Shown here: positions 11,420-25,200 of the stretch, piece by piece | How the letters are laid out: each line of letters starts with the position of its first letter | Numbering within the stretch: the stretch's first letter is position 1 | DNA from: Antedon mediterranea | Taxonomy: Eukaryota; Animalia; Echinodermata | DNA: 64,000 nt | NCBI RefSeq assembly: GCF_964355755.1 | Contig: NC_092680.1 | Location: forward strand, 11,904,001-11,968,000 | Direction of reading: 5' to 3' | Made by a program: the position numbers and the translations under genes | Notes under the pieces: generated by a model | Databases searched by the model: none | What the model was told of the DNA's origin: nothing | The model's input: the letters and a program-made list of their open reading frames with translations, nothing else

Positions 11420-14400
11420 CAAAATGCGATTTGAAGCTATTCTGTACACTTTGATGTTTTGTGTGAAAAAGTTTTGTCGAAATGCTCAAAATGGTCTAAA
11501 ACGTTTTTAAAACGATATTAAGCTATTTTGTGCTCTTTGATGTTTTTGTGTAACCAAGTTTCATCGAAAATCACAAAATGGTCTAAAACGTCTCAAAATG
11601 CGATTTGAAGCTTTTCTAAGCACTTTGGTGTTTTTATGTTAAGAAGTTTTTTCGAAAATCACGAAATGGTCTAAAATGTCTCCAAATGCGATTTGAAGAT
11701 ATTCTGAGCACTTTGGTGTTTTTATGTTAAAAAGTTTTTTCGAAAATCACAAAATGGTCTAAAACGTCTCCAAATGCGATTTGAAGCTCTTCTGTACACT
11801 TTGATGTTTTGTGTGAAAAAGTTTTGTCGAAATGCTCAAAATGGTCTAAAACGTTTTTAAATACGATATTAAGCTATTTTGTGCTCTTTGATGTTTTTGT
11901 GTAACCAAGTTTCATCGAAAATCACAAAATGGTCTAAAACGTCTTCAAATGCGATTTGAAGCTATTCTGTACACTTTGATGTTTTGTGTGAAAAAGTTTT
12001 GTCAAAATGCTCAAAATGGTCTAAAACGTTTTTAAAACGATATTAAGCTATTTTGTGCTCTGTGATTTTTTTGTGTAACCAAGTTTCATCGAAAATCACA
12101 AAATGGTCTAAAACGTCTCCAAATGCGATTTGAAGCTTTTCTAAGCACTTTGGTGTTTTTATGTTAACAAGTTTTTTCGAAAATCACAAAATGGTCTAAA
12201 ACGTCTCCAAATGCGATTTGAAGCTCTTCTGTACACTTTGATGTTTTGTGTGAAAAAGTTTTGTCGAAATTCTCAAAATGGTCTAAAACGTTTTTAAATA
12301 CGATATTAAGCTGTTTTGGGCACTTTGATTATTTGTGTGAAAAGTTTTAACGAAATGCTCAAAATGGTCAAAAACGGTTTCTAATGTGATTTTAAGCACT
12401 TTGATGTTTTTGTGTAACCAAGTTTTTTCGAAAATCACAAAATGGTCTAAAACGTCTCCAAATGCGATTTGAAGCTTTTCTAAGCACTTTGGTGTTTTTA
12501 TGTTAACAAGTTTTTTCGAAAATCACAAAATGGTCTTAAACGTCTCCAAATGCGATTTGAAGATATTCTGAGCACTTTGGTGTTTTTATGTTAAAAAGTT
12601 TTTTCGAAAATCACAAAATAGTCTAAAACGTCTCCAAATGCGATTTGAAGCTATTCTGTACACTTTGATGTTTTGTGTGAAAATGTTTTGTCGAAATGCT
12701 CAAAATGGTCTAAAACGTTTTTAAAACGATATTAGGCTATTTTGTGCTCTTTGATGTTTTTGTGTAACCAAGTTTCATCGAAAATCACAAAATGGTCTAA
12801 AACGTCTCCAAATGCGATTTGAAGCTTTTCTAAGCACTTTGGTGTTTTTATGTTAACAAGTTTTTTCGAAAATCACGAAATGGTCTAAAATGTCTCCAAA
12901 TGCGATTTGAAGATATTCTGAGCACTTTGGTGTTTTTATGTTAAAACGTTTTTTCGAAAATCACAAAATGGTCTAAAACGTCTCCAAATGCGATTTGAAG
13001 CTCTTCTGTACACTTTGATGTTTTGTGTGAAAAAGTTTTGTCGAAATGCTCAAAATGGTCTAAAACGTTTTTAAATACGATATTAAGCTGTTTTGTGCAG
13101 TTTGATGATTTGTGTGAAAAGTTTTAACGAAATGCTCAAAATGGTCTAAAACGGTTTCTAATGCGATTTGAAGCTATTCTGTACACTTTGAAGTTTTTTG
13201 TGAAAAAGTTTTCTCGAAATGCTCAAAATGGTCTAAAACGTTTTTATATACCATATTAAGCTATTTTGTGCACTTTGATGTTTTTTGTGAAAAGTTTTAT
13301 CGAAATGCTCAAAATGGTCTGAAACGGTTTCTATTGTGATTTTAAGCACTTTGATGATTTTGTGTAACCAAGTTTCATCGAAATGTACAAAATGGTCTAA
13401 AACGTCTCCAAATGCGATTTGAAGCTATTCTAAGTACTTTTGTGTTTTTATGTTAACAAGTTTTTTCGAAAATCACGAAATGGTCTAAAATGTCTCCAAA
13501 TGCGATTTGAAGATATTCTGAGCACTTTGGTGTTTTTATGTTATAAAAAGTTTTGTCGAAATGCTCAAAATGGTCTAAAACGTTTTTAAATACGATATTA
13601 AGCTATTTTGTGATCTTTGATGTTTTTGTGTGAAAAGTTTTATCGAAATGCTCAAAATGGTCTGAAACGGTTTCTAATGCGATTTGAAGCTATTCTGTAC
13701 ACTTTGAAGTTTTTTGTGAAAAAGTATTCTCGAAATGCTCAAAATGGTCTAAAACGTTTTTATATACCATATTAAGCTATTTTGTGCACTTTGATGTTTT
13801 TTGTGAAAAGTTTTATCGAAATGCTCAAAATGGTCTAAAACGGTTTCTATTGTGATTTTAAGCACTTTGATGATTTTGTGTAACCAAGTTTCATCGAAAT
13901 GTACAAAATGGTCTAAAACGTCTCCAAATGCGATTTGAAGCTATTCTAAGTACTTTTGTGTTTTTATGTTAACAAGTTTTTTCGAAAATCACAAAATGGT
14001 CTAAAACGTCTTCAAATGCGATTTGAAGCTATTCTGTACACTTTGATGTTTTGTGTGAAAAAGTTTTGTCGAAATGCTCAAAATGGTCTAAAACGTTTTT
14101 AAATACGATATTAAGCTATTTTGTGATCTTTGATGTTTTTGTTTGAAAAGTTTTATCGAAATGCTCAAAATGGTCTAAAACGGTTTCTAATGCGATTTGA
14201 AGCTATTCTGTACACTTTGAAGTTTTTTGTGAAAAAGTTTTCTCGAAATGCTCAAAATGGTCTAAAACGTTTTTATATACCATATTAAGCTATTTTGTGC
14301 ACTTTGATGTTTTTTGTGAAAAGTTTTATCGAAATTCTCAAAATGGTCTAAAACGGTTTCTATTGTGATTTTAAGCACTTTGATGATTTTGTGTAACCAA

Positions 14401-17400
14401 GTTTCATCGAAATGTACAAAATGGTCTAAAACGTCTCCAAATGCGATTTGAAGCTCTTCTGTACACTTTGATGTTTTGTGTGAAAAAGTTTTGTCGAAAT
14501 TCTCAAAATGGTCTAAAACGTTTTTAAATACGATATTAAGCTGTTTTGTGCACTTTGATGATTTGTGTGAAAAGTTTTAACGAAATGCTCAAAATGGTCA
14601 AAAACGGTTTCTAATGTGATTTTAAGCACTTTGATGTTTTTGTGTAACCAAGTTTTTTAAAAAATCACAAAATGGTCTAAAACGTCTCCAAATGCGATTT
14701 GAAGCTTTTCTAAGCACTTTGGTGTTTTTATGTTAACAAGTTTTTTCGAAAATCACAAAATGGTCTAAAACGTCTCCAAATGCGATTTGAAGATATTCTG
14801 AGCACTTTGGTGTTTTTATGTTAAAAAGTTTTTTCGAAAATCACAAAATAGTCTAAAACGTCTCAAAATGCGATTTGAAGCTATTCTGTACACTTTGATG
14901 TTTTGTGTGAAAAAGTTTTGTCGAAATGCTCAAAATGGTCTAAAACGTTTTTAAAACGATATTAAGCTATTTTGTGCTCTTTGATGTTTTTGTGTAACCA
15001 AGTTTCATCGAAAATCACAAAATGGTCTAAAACGTCTCAAAATACGATTTGAAGCTTTTCTAAGCACTTTGGTGTTTTTATGTTAAGAAGTTTTTTCGAA
15101 AATCACGAAATGGTCTAAAATGTCTCCAAATGCGATTTGAAGATATTCTGAGCACTTTGGTGTTTTTATGTTAAAAAGTTTTTTCGAAAATCACAAAATG
15201 GTCTAAAACGTCTCCAAATGCGATTTGAAGCTCTTCTGTACACCTTGATGTTTTGTGTGAAAAAGTTTTGTCGAAATGCTCAAAATGGTCTAAAACGTTT
15301 TTAAATACGATATTAAGCTATTTTGTGCTCTTTGATGTTTTTGTGTAACCAAGTTTCATCGAAAATCACAAAATGGTCTAAAACGTCTTCAAATGCGATT
15401 TGAAGCTATTCTGTACACTTTGATGTTTTGTGTGAAAAAGTTTTGTTAAAATGCTCAAAATGGTCTAAAACGTTTTTAAAACGATATTAAGCTATTTTGT
15501 GCTCTGTGATGTTTTTGTGTAACCAAGTTTCATCGAAAATCACAAAATGGTCTAAAACGTCTCCAAATGCGATGTGAAGCTTTTCTAAGCACTTTGGTGT
15601 TTTTATGTTAACAAGTTTTTTCGAAAATCACAAAATGGTCTAAAACGTCTCCAAATGCGATTTGAAGCTCTTCTGTACACTTTGATGTTTTGTGTGAAAA
15701 AGTTTTGTCGAAATTCTCAAAATGGTCTAAAACGTTTTTAAATACGATATTAAGCTGTTTTGGGCACTTTGATTATTTGTGTGAAAAGTTTTAACGAAAT
15801 GCTCAAAATGGTCAAAAACGGTTTCTAATGTGATTTTAAGCACTTTGATGTTTTTGTGTAACCAAGTTTTTTCGAAAATCACAAAATGGTCTAAAACGTC
15901 TTCAAATGCGATTTGAAGCTATTCTGTACACTTTGATGTTTTGTGTGAAAAAGTTTTGTCGAAATGCTCAAAATGGTCTAAAACGTTTTTAAATACGATA
16001 TTAAGCTATTTTGTGATCTTTGATGTTTTTGTGTGAAAAGTTTTATCGAAATGCTCAAAATGGTCTAAAACGGTTTCTAATGCGATTTGAAGCTATTCTG
16101 TACCCTTTTGAAGTTTTTTGTGAAAAAGTTTTCTCGAAATGCTCAAAATGGTCTAAAAAGTTTTTATATACCATATTAAGCTATTTTGTGCACTTTGATG
16201 TTTTTTGTGAAAAGTTTTATCGAAATGCTCAAAATGGTCTAAAACGGTTTCTATTGTGATTTTAAGCACTTTGATGATTTTGTGTAACCAAGTTTCATCG
16301 AAATGTACAAAATGGTCTAAAACGTCTCCAAATGCGATTTGAAGCTATTCTAAGTACTTTTGTGTTTTTATGTTAACAAGTTTTTTCGAAAATCACAAAA
16401 TGGTCTAAAACGTCTTCAAATGCGATTTGAAGCTATTCTGTACACTTTGATGTTTTGTGTGAAAAAGTTTTGTCGAAATGCTCAAAATGGTCTAAAACGT
16501 TTTTAAATACGATATTAAGCTATTTTGTGATCTTTGATGTTTTTGTGTGAAAAGTTTTATCGAAATGCTCAAAATGGTCTAAAACGGTTTCTAATGCGAT
16601 TTGAAGCTATTCTGTACACTTTGAAGTTTTTTGTGAAAAAGTTTTCTCGAAATGCTCAAAATGGTCTAAAACGTTTTTATATACCATATTAAGCTATTTT
16701 GTGCACTTTGATGTTTTTTGTGAAAAGTTTTATCGAAATTCTCAAAATGGTCTAAAACGGTTTCTATTGTGATTTTAAGCACTTTGATGATTTTGTGTAA
16801 CCAAGTTTCATCGAAATGTACAAAATGGTCTAAAACGTCTCCAAATGCGATTTGAAGCTCTTCTGTACACTTTGATGATTTGTGTGAAAAGTTTTAACGA
16901 AATGCTCAAAATGGTCAAAAACGGTTTCTAATGTGATTTTAAGCACTTTGATGTTTTTGTGTAACCAAGTTTTTTAAAAAATCACAAAATGGTCTAAAAC
17001 GTCTCCAAATGCGATTTGAAGCTTTTCTAAGCACTTTGGTGTTTTTATGTTAACAAGTTTTTTCGAAAATCACAAAATGGTCTAAAACGTCTCCAAATGC
17101 GATTTGAAGATATTCTGAGCACTTTGGTGTTTTTATGTTAAAAAGTTTTTTCGAAAATCACAAAATAGTCTAAAACGTCTCAAAATGCGATTTGAAGCTA
17201 TTCTGTACACTTTGATGTTTTGTGTGAAAAAGTTTTGTCGAAATGCTCAAAATGGTCTAAAACGTTTTTAAAACGATATTAAGCTATTTTGTGCTCTTTG
17301 ATGTTTTTGTGTAACCAAGTTTCATCGAAAATCACAAAATGGTCTAAAACGTCTCAAAATGCGATTTGAAGCTTTTCTAAGCACTTTGGTGTTTTTATGT

Positions 17401-19200
17401 TAAGAAGTTTTTTCGAAAATCACGAAATGGTCTAAAATGTCTCCAAATGCGATTTGAAGATATTCTGAGCACTTTGGTGTTTTTATGTTAAAAAGTTTTT
17501 TCGAAAATCACAAAATGGTCTAAAACGTCTCCAAATGCGATTTGAAGCTCTTCTGTACACTTTGATGTTTTGTGTGAAAAAGTTTTGTCGAAATGCTCAA
17601 AATGGTCTAAAACGTTTTTAAATACGATATTAAGCTATTTTGTGCTCTTTGATGTTTTTGTGTAACCAAGTTTCATCGAAAATCACAAAATGGTCTAAAA
17701 CGTCTTCAAATGCGATTTGAAGCTATTCTGTACACTTTGATGTTTTGTGTGAAAAAGTTTTGTTAAAATGCTCAAAATGGTCTAAAACGTTTTTAAAACG
17801 ATATTAAGCTATTTTGTGCTCTGTGATGTTTTTGTGTAACCAAGTTTCATCGAAAATCACAAAATGGTCTAAAACGTCTCCAAATGCGATGTGAAGCTTT
17901 TCTAAGCACTTTGGTGTTTTTATGTTAACAAGTTTTTTCGAAAATCACAAAATGGTCTAAAACGTCTCCAAATGCGATTTGAAGCTCTTCTGTACACTTT
18001 GATGTTTTGTGTGAAAAAGTTTTGTCGAAATTCTCAAAATGGTCTAAAACGTTTTTAAATACGATATTAAGCTGTTTTGGGCACTTTGATTATTTGTGTG
18101 AAAAGTTTTAACGAAATGCTCAAAATGGTCAAAAACGGTTTCTAATGTGATTTTAAGCACTTTGATGTTTTTGTGTAACCAAGTTTTTTCGAAAATCACA
18201 AAATGGTCAAAAACGTCTCCAAATGCGATTTGAAGCTTTTCTAAGCACTTTGGTGTTTTTATGTTAACAAGTTTTTTCGAAAATCACAAAATGGTCTTAA
18301 ACGTCTCCAAATGCGATTTGAAGATATTCTGAGCACTTTGGTGTTTTTATGTTAAAAAGTTTTTTCGAAAATCACAAAATAGTCTAAAACGTCTCCAAAT
18401 GCGATTTGAAGCTATTCTGTACACTTTGATGTTTTGTGTGAAAAAGTTTTGTCGAAATGCTCAAAATGGTCTAAAACGTTTTTAAAACGATATTAGGCTA
18501 TTTTGTGCTCTTTGATGTTTTTGTGTAACCAAGTTTCATCGAAAATCACAAAATGGTCTAAAACGTCTCCAAATGCGATTTGAAGCTTTTCTAAGCACTT
18601 TGGTGTTTTTATGTTAACAAGTTTTTTCGAAAATCACGAAATGGTCTAAAATGTCTCCAAATGCGATTTGAAGATATTCTGAGCACTTTGGTGTTTTTAT
18701 GTTAAAACGTTTTTTCGAAAATCACAAAATGGTCTAAAACGTCTCCAAATGCGATTTGAAGCTCTTCTGTACACTTTGATGTTTTGTGTGAAAAAGTTTT
18801 GTCGAAATGCTCAAAATGGTCTAAAACGTTTTTAAATACGATATTAAGCTGTTTTGTGCAGTTTGATGATTTGTGTGAAAAGTTTTAACGAAATGCTCAA
18901 AATGGTCTAAAACGGTTTCTAATGCGATTTGAAGCTATTCTGTACACTTTGAAGTTTTTTGTGAAAAAGTTTTCTCGAAATGCTCAAAATGGTCTAAAAC
19001 GTTTTTATATACCATATTAAGCTATTTTGTGCACTTTGATGTTTTTTGTGAAAAGTTTTATCGAAATGCTCAAAATGGTCTAAAACGGTTTCTATTGTGA
19101 TTTTAAGCACTTTGATGAATTTGTGTAACCAAGTTTCATCGAAATGTACAAAATGGTCTAAAACGTCTCCAAATGCGATTTGAAGCTATTCTAAGTACTT
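11420..19200. repeat. Dispersed ~2 kb duplication, offset 5761 bp (~11.4-13.4 kb vs ~17.2-19.2 kb)
   Basis: Rare variants GGTCTTAAA (12536/18297) and ATTAGGCTAT (12731/18492) share the same offset. GTTAAGAAG and GCTCTGTGAT occur in both blocks. Boundaries are approximate. Confidence 0.8.
14550..18200. repeat. Recent segmental duplication, offset 2317 bp (~14.55-15.9 kb vs ~16.87-18.2 kb)
   Basis: Shared rare variants GTTTTTTAAAAAATC (14652/16969), TGTTAAAATG (15444/17761) and GATGTGAAGC (15571/17888). Upstream the offset is 2404 because one monomer is lost at the A'/E hybrid near 16870. Confidence 0.85.
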
Positions 19201-22200
19201 TTGTGTTTTTATGTTAACAAGTTTTTTCGAAAATCACAAAATGGTCTAAAACGTCTTCAAATGCGATTTGAAGCTATTCTGTACACTTTGATGTTTTGTG
19301 TGAAAAAGTTTTGTCGAAATGCTCAAAATGGTCTAAAACGTTTTTAAATACGATATTAAGCTATTTTGTGATCTTTGATGTTTTTGTGTGAAAAGTTTTA
19401 TCGAAATGCTCAAAATGGTCTAAAACGGTTTCTATTGTGGTTTTAAGCACTTTGATGATTTTGTGTAACCAAGTTTCATCGAAATGTACAAAATGGTCTA
19501 AAACGTCTCCAAATGCGATTTGAAGCTATTCTAAGTACTTTTGTGTTTTTATGTTAACAAGTTTTTTCGAAAATCACAAAATGGTCTAAAACGTCTTCAA
19601 ATGCGATTTGAAGCTATTCTGTACACTTTGGTGTTTTTATGTTAAAAAGTTTTTTCGAAAATCACAAAATGGTCTAAAACGTCTCAAAATGCGATTTGAA
19701 GCTATTCTGTACACTTTGATGTTTTGTGTGAAAAAGTTTTGTCGAAATGCTCAAAATGGTCTAAAACGTTTTTAAAACGATATTAAGCTATTTTGTGCTC
19801 TTTGATGTTTTTGTTTAACCAAGTTTCATCGAAAATCACAAAATGGTCTAAAACGTCTCCAAATGCGATTTGAAGCTTTTCTAAGCACTTTGGTGTTTTT
19901 ATGTTAACAAGTTTTTTCGAAAATCACAAAATGGTCTAAAACGTCTCCAAATGCGATTTGAAGCTCTTCTGTACACTTTGATGTTTTGTGTGAAAAAGTT
20001 TTGTCGAAATTCTCAAAATGGTCTAAAACGTTTTTAAATACGATATTAAGCTGTTTTGTGCACTTTGATGATTTGTGTGAAAAGTTTTAACGAAATGCTC
20101 AAAATGGTCAAAAACGGTTTCTAATGTGATTTTAAGCACTTTGATGTTTTTGTGTAACCAAGTTTTTTCGAAAATCACAAAATGGTCTAAAACGTCTCCA
20201 AATGCGATTTGAAGCTTTTCTAAGCACTTTGGTGTTTTTATGTTAACAAATTTTTTTGAAAATCACAAAATGGTCTAAAACTTCTCCAAATGCGATTTGA
20301 AGATATTCTGAGCACTTTGGTGTTTTTATGTTAAAAAGTTTTTTCGAAAATCACAAAATAGTCTAAAACGTCTCCAAATGCGATTTGAAGCTATTCTGTA
20401 CACTTTGATGTTTTGTGTGAAAAAGTTTTGTCGAAAAACTCAAAATGGTCTAAAACGTTTTTAAAACGATATTAAGCTATTTTGTGCTCTTTGATGTTTT
20501 TGTGTAACCAAGTTTCATCGAAAATCACAAAATGGTCTAAAACGTCTCCAAATGCGATTTGAAGCTTTTCTAAGCACTTTGGTGTTTTTATGTTAACAAG
20601 TTTTTTCGAAAATCACGAAATGGTCTAAAATGTCTCCAAATGCGATTTGAAGATATTCTGAGCACTTTGGTGTTTTTATGTTAAAACGTTTTTTCGAAAA
20701 TCACAAAATGGTCTAAAACGTCTCCAAATGCGATTTGAAGCTCTTCTGTACACTTTGATGTTTTGTGTGAAAAAGTTTTGTCGAAATGCTCAAAATGGTC
20801 TAAAACGTTTTTAAATACGATATTAAGCTGTTTTGTGCAGTTTGATGATTTGTGTGAAAAGTTTTAACGAAATGCTCAAAATGGTCTAAAACGGTTTCTA
20901 ATGTGATTTTAAGCACTTTGATGTTTTTGTGTAACCAAGTTTTTTCGAAAATCACAAAATGGTCTAAAACGTCTCCAAATGCGATTTGAAGCTTTTCTAA
21001 GCACTTTGGTGTTTTTATGTTAACAAGTTTTTTCGAAAATCACAAAATGGTCTAAAATGTCTCCAAATGCGATTTGAAGCTATTCTGTACACTTTGATGT
21101 TTTGTGTGAAAAAGTTTTGTCGAAATACTCAAAATGGTCTAAAAAGTTTTTAAAACGATATTAAGCTATTTTGTGCTCTTTGATGTTTTTGTGTAACCAA
21201 GTTTCATCGAAATCAACAAAATGGTCTAATACGTCTCCAAATGCGATTTGAAGCTTTTCCAAGCACTTTGCTTTTTTTATGTTAACAAGTTTTTTCGAAA
21301 ATCACAAAATGGTCTAAAACGTCTTCAAATGCGATTTGAAGCTATTCTGTACACTTTGATGTTTTGTGTGAAAAAGTTTTGTCGAAATGCTCAAAATGGT
21401 CTAAAACGTTTTTAAATACGATATTAAGCTATTTTGTGATCTTTGATGTTTTTGTGTGAAAAGTTTTATCGAAATGCTCAAAATGGTCTGAAACGGTTTC
21501 TAATGCGATTTGAAGCTATTCTGTACACTTTGAAGTTTTTTGTGAAAAAGTTTTCTCGAAATGCTCAAAATGGTCTAAAACGTTTTTATATACCATATTA
21601 AGCTATTTTGTGCACTTTGATGTTTTTTGTGAAAAGTTTTATCGAAATGCTCAAAATGGTCTAAAACGGTTTCTATTGTGATTTTAAGCACTTTGATGAT
21701 TTTGTGTAACCAAGTTTCATCGAAATGTACAAAATGGTCTAAAACGTCTCCAAATGCGATTTGAAGCTTTTCTAAGCACTTTGGTGTTTTTATGTTAACA
21801 AGTTTTTTCGAAAATCACAAAATGGTCTAAAACGTCTCCAAATGCGATTTGAAGATATTCTGAGCACTTTGGTGTTTTTATGTTAAAAAGTTTTTTCGAA
21901 AATCAAAAAATAGTCTAAAACGTCTCCAAATGCGATTTGAAGCTATTCTGTACACTTTGATGTTTTGTGTGAAAAAGTTTTGTCGAAATGCTCAAAATGG
22001 TCTAAAACGTTTTTAAAACGATATTAAGCTATTTTGTGCTCTTTGATGTTTTTGTGTAACCAAGTTTCATCGAAAATCACAAAATGGTCTAAAACGTCTT
22101 CAAATGCGATTTGAAGCTATTCTGTACACTTTGATGTTTTGTGTGAAAAAGTTTTGTCAAAATGCTCAAAATGGTCTAAAACGTTTTTAAAACGATATTA

Positions 22201-25200
22201 AGCTATTTTGTGCTCTTTGATGTTTTTGTGTAACCAAGTTTCATCGAAAATCACAAAATTGTCTAAAACGTCTCCAAATGCGATTTGAAGCTTTTCTAAG
22301 CACTTTGGTGTTTTTATGTTAACAAGTTTTTTCGAAAATCACAAAATGGTCTAAAACGTCTCCAAATGCGATTTGAAGCTCTTCTGTACACTTTGATGTT
22401 TTGTGTGAAAAAGTTTTGTCGAAATTCTCAAAATGGTCTAAAACGTTTTTAAATACGATATTAAGTTGTTTTGGGCACTTTGATGATTTGTGTGAAAAGT
22501 TTTAACGAAATGCTCAAAATGCTCAAAAACGGTTTCTAATGTGATTTTAAGCACTTTGATGTTTTTGTGTAACCAAGTTTTTTCGAAAATCACAAAATGG
22601 TCTAAAACGTCTCCAAATGCGATTTGAAGCTTTTCTAAGCACTTTGGTGTTTTTATGTTAACAAGTTTTTTCGAAAATCACAAAATGGTCTAAAACGTCT
22701 CCAAATGCGATTTGAAGATATTCTGAGAACTTTGGTGTTTTTATGTTAAAAAGTTTTTTCGAAAATCACAAAATAGTCTAAAACGTCTCCAAATGCGATT
22801 TGAAGCTCTTCTGTACACTTTGATGTTTTGTGTGAAAAAGTTTTGTCGAAATGCTCAAAATGGTCTAAAACGTTTTTAAATACGATATTAAGCTGTTTTG
22901 TGCAGTTTGATGATTTGTGTGAAAAGTTTTAACGAAATGCTCAAAATGGTCTAAAACGGTTTCTAATGCGATTTGAAGCTATTCTGTACACTTTGAAGTT
23001 TTTTGTGAAAAAGTTTTCTCGAAATGCTCAAAATGGTCTAAAACGTTTTTATATACCATATTAAGCTATTTTGTTCACTTTGATGTTTTTTGTGAAAAGT
23101 TTTATCGAAATGCTCAAAATGGTCTGAAACGGTTTCTATTGTGATTTTAAGCACTTTGATGATTTTGTGTAACCAAGTTTCATCGAAATGTACAAAATGG
23201 TCTAAAACGTCTCAAAATGCGATTTGAAGCTATTCTAAGTACTTTTGTGTTTTTATGTTAACAAGTTTTTTCGAAAATCACGAAATGGTCTAAAATGTCT
23301 CCAAATGCGATTTGAAGATATTCTGAGCACTTTGGTGTTTTTATGTTAAAAAGTTTTGTCGAAATGCTCAAAATGGTCTAAAACGTTTTTAAATACGATA
23401 TTAAGCTATTTTGTGATCTTTGATGTTTTTGTGTGAAAAGTTTTATCGAAATGCTCAAAATGGTCTGAAACGGTTTCTAATGCGATTTGAAGCTATTCTG
23501 TACACTTTGAAGTTTTTTGTGAAAAAGTTTTCTCGAAATGCTCAAAATGGTCTAAAACGTTTTTATATACCATATTAAGCTATTTTGTGCACTTTGATGT
23601 TTTTTCTTGAAAAGTTTTATCGAAATGCTCAAAATGGTCTAAAACGGTTTCTATTGTGATTTTAAGCACTTTGATGATTTTGTGTAACCAAGTTTCATCG
23701 AAATGTACAAAATGGTCTAAAACGTCTCCAAATGCGATTTGAAGCTATTCTAAGTACTTTTGTGTTTTTATGTTAACAAGTTTTTTCGAAAATCACAAAA
23801 TGGTCTAAAACGTCTTCAAATGCGATTTGAAGCTATTCTGTACACTTTGATGTTTTGTGTGAAAAAGTTTTGTCGAAATGCTCAAAATGGTCTAAAACGT
23901 TTTTAAATACGATATTAAGCTATTTTGTGATCTTTTATGTTTTTGTGTGAAAAGTTTTATCGAAATGCTCAAAATGGTCAGAAACGGTTTCTAATGCGAT
24001 TTGAAGCTATTCTGTACACTTTGAAGTTTTGTGTGAAAAAGTTTTCTCGAAATGCTCAAAATGGTCTAAAACGTTTTTATATACCATATTAAGCTATTTT
24101 GTGCACTTTGATGTTTTTTGTGAAAAGTTTTATCGAAATGCTCAAAATGGTCTAAAACGGTTTCTATTGTGATTTTAAGCACTTTGATGATTTTGTGTAA
24201 CCAAGTTTCATCGAAATGTACAAAATGGTCTAAAACGTCTCCAAATGCGATTTGAAGCTATTCTAAGTACTTTTGTGGTTTTATGTTAACAAGTGTTTTC
24301 GAAAATCACGAAATGGTCTAAAACGTCTTCAAATGCGATTTGAAGCTATTCTGTACACTTTGATGTTTTGTGTGAAAAAGTTTTGTCGAAATGCTCAAAA
24401 TGGTCTAAAACGTTTTTAAATACGATATTAAGCTATTTTGTGATCTTTGATGTTTTTGTGTGAAAAGTTTTATCGAAATGCTCAAAATGGTCTAAAACGG
24501 TTTCTATTGTGATTTTAAGCACTTTGATGATTTTGTGTAACCAAGTTTCATCGAAATGTACAAAATGGTCTAAAACGTCTCCAAATGCGATTTGAAGCTA
24601 TTCTAAGTACTTTTGTGTTTTTATGTTAACAAGTTTTTTCGAAAATCACAAAATGGTCTAAAACGTCTTCAAATGCGATTTGAAGCTATTCTGTACACTT
24701 TGATGTTTTGTGTGAAAAAGTTTTGTCAAAATGCTCAAAATGGTCTAAAACGTTTTTAAAACGATATTAAGCTATTTTGTGCTCTTTGATGTTTTTGTGT
24801 AACCAAGTTTCATCGAAAATCACAAAATGGTCTAAAACGTCTCCAAATGCGATTTGAAGCTTTTCTAAGCACTTTGGTGTTTTTATGTTAACAAGTTTTT
24901 TCGAAAATCACAAAATGGTCTAAAACGTCTCCAAATGCGATTTGAAGCTCTTCTGTACACTTTGATGTTTTGTGTGAAAAAGTTTTGTCGAAATTCTCAA
25001 AATGGTCTAAAACGTTTTTAAATACGATATTAAGCTGTTTTGTGCACTTTGATGATTTGTGTGAAGAGTTTTAACGAAATGCTCAAAATGGTCAAAAACG
25101 GTTTCTAATGTGATTTTAAGCACTTTGATGTTTTTGTGTAACCAAGTTTTTTCAAAAATTTCAAAATGGTCTAAAACGTCTCCAAATGCGATTTGAAGCT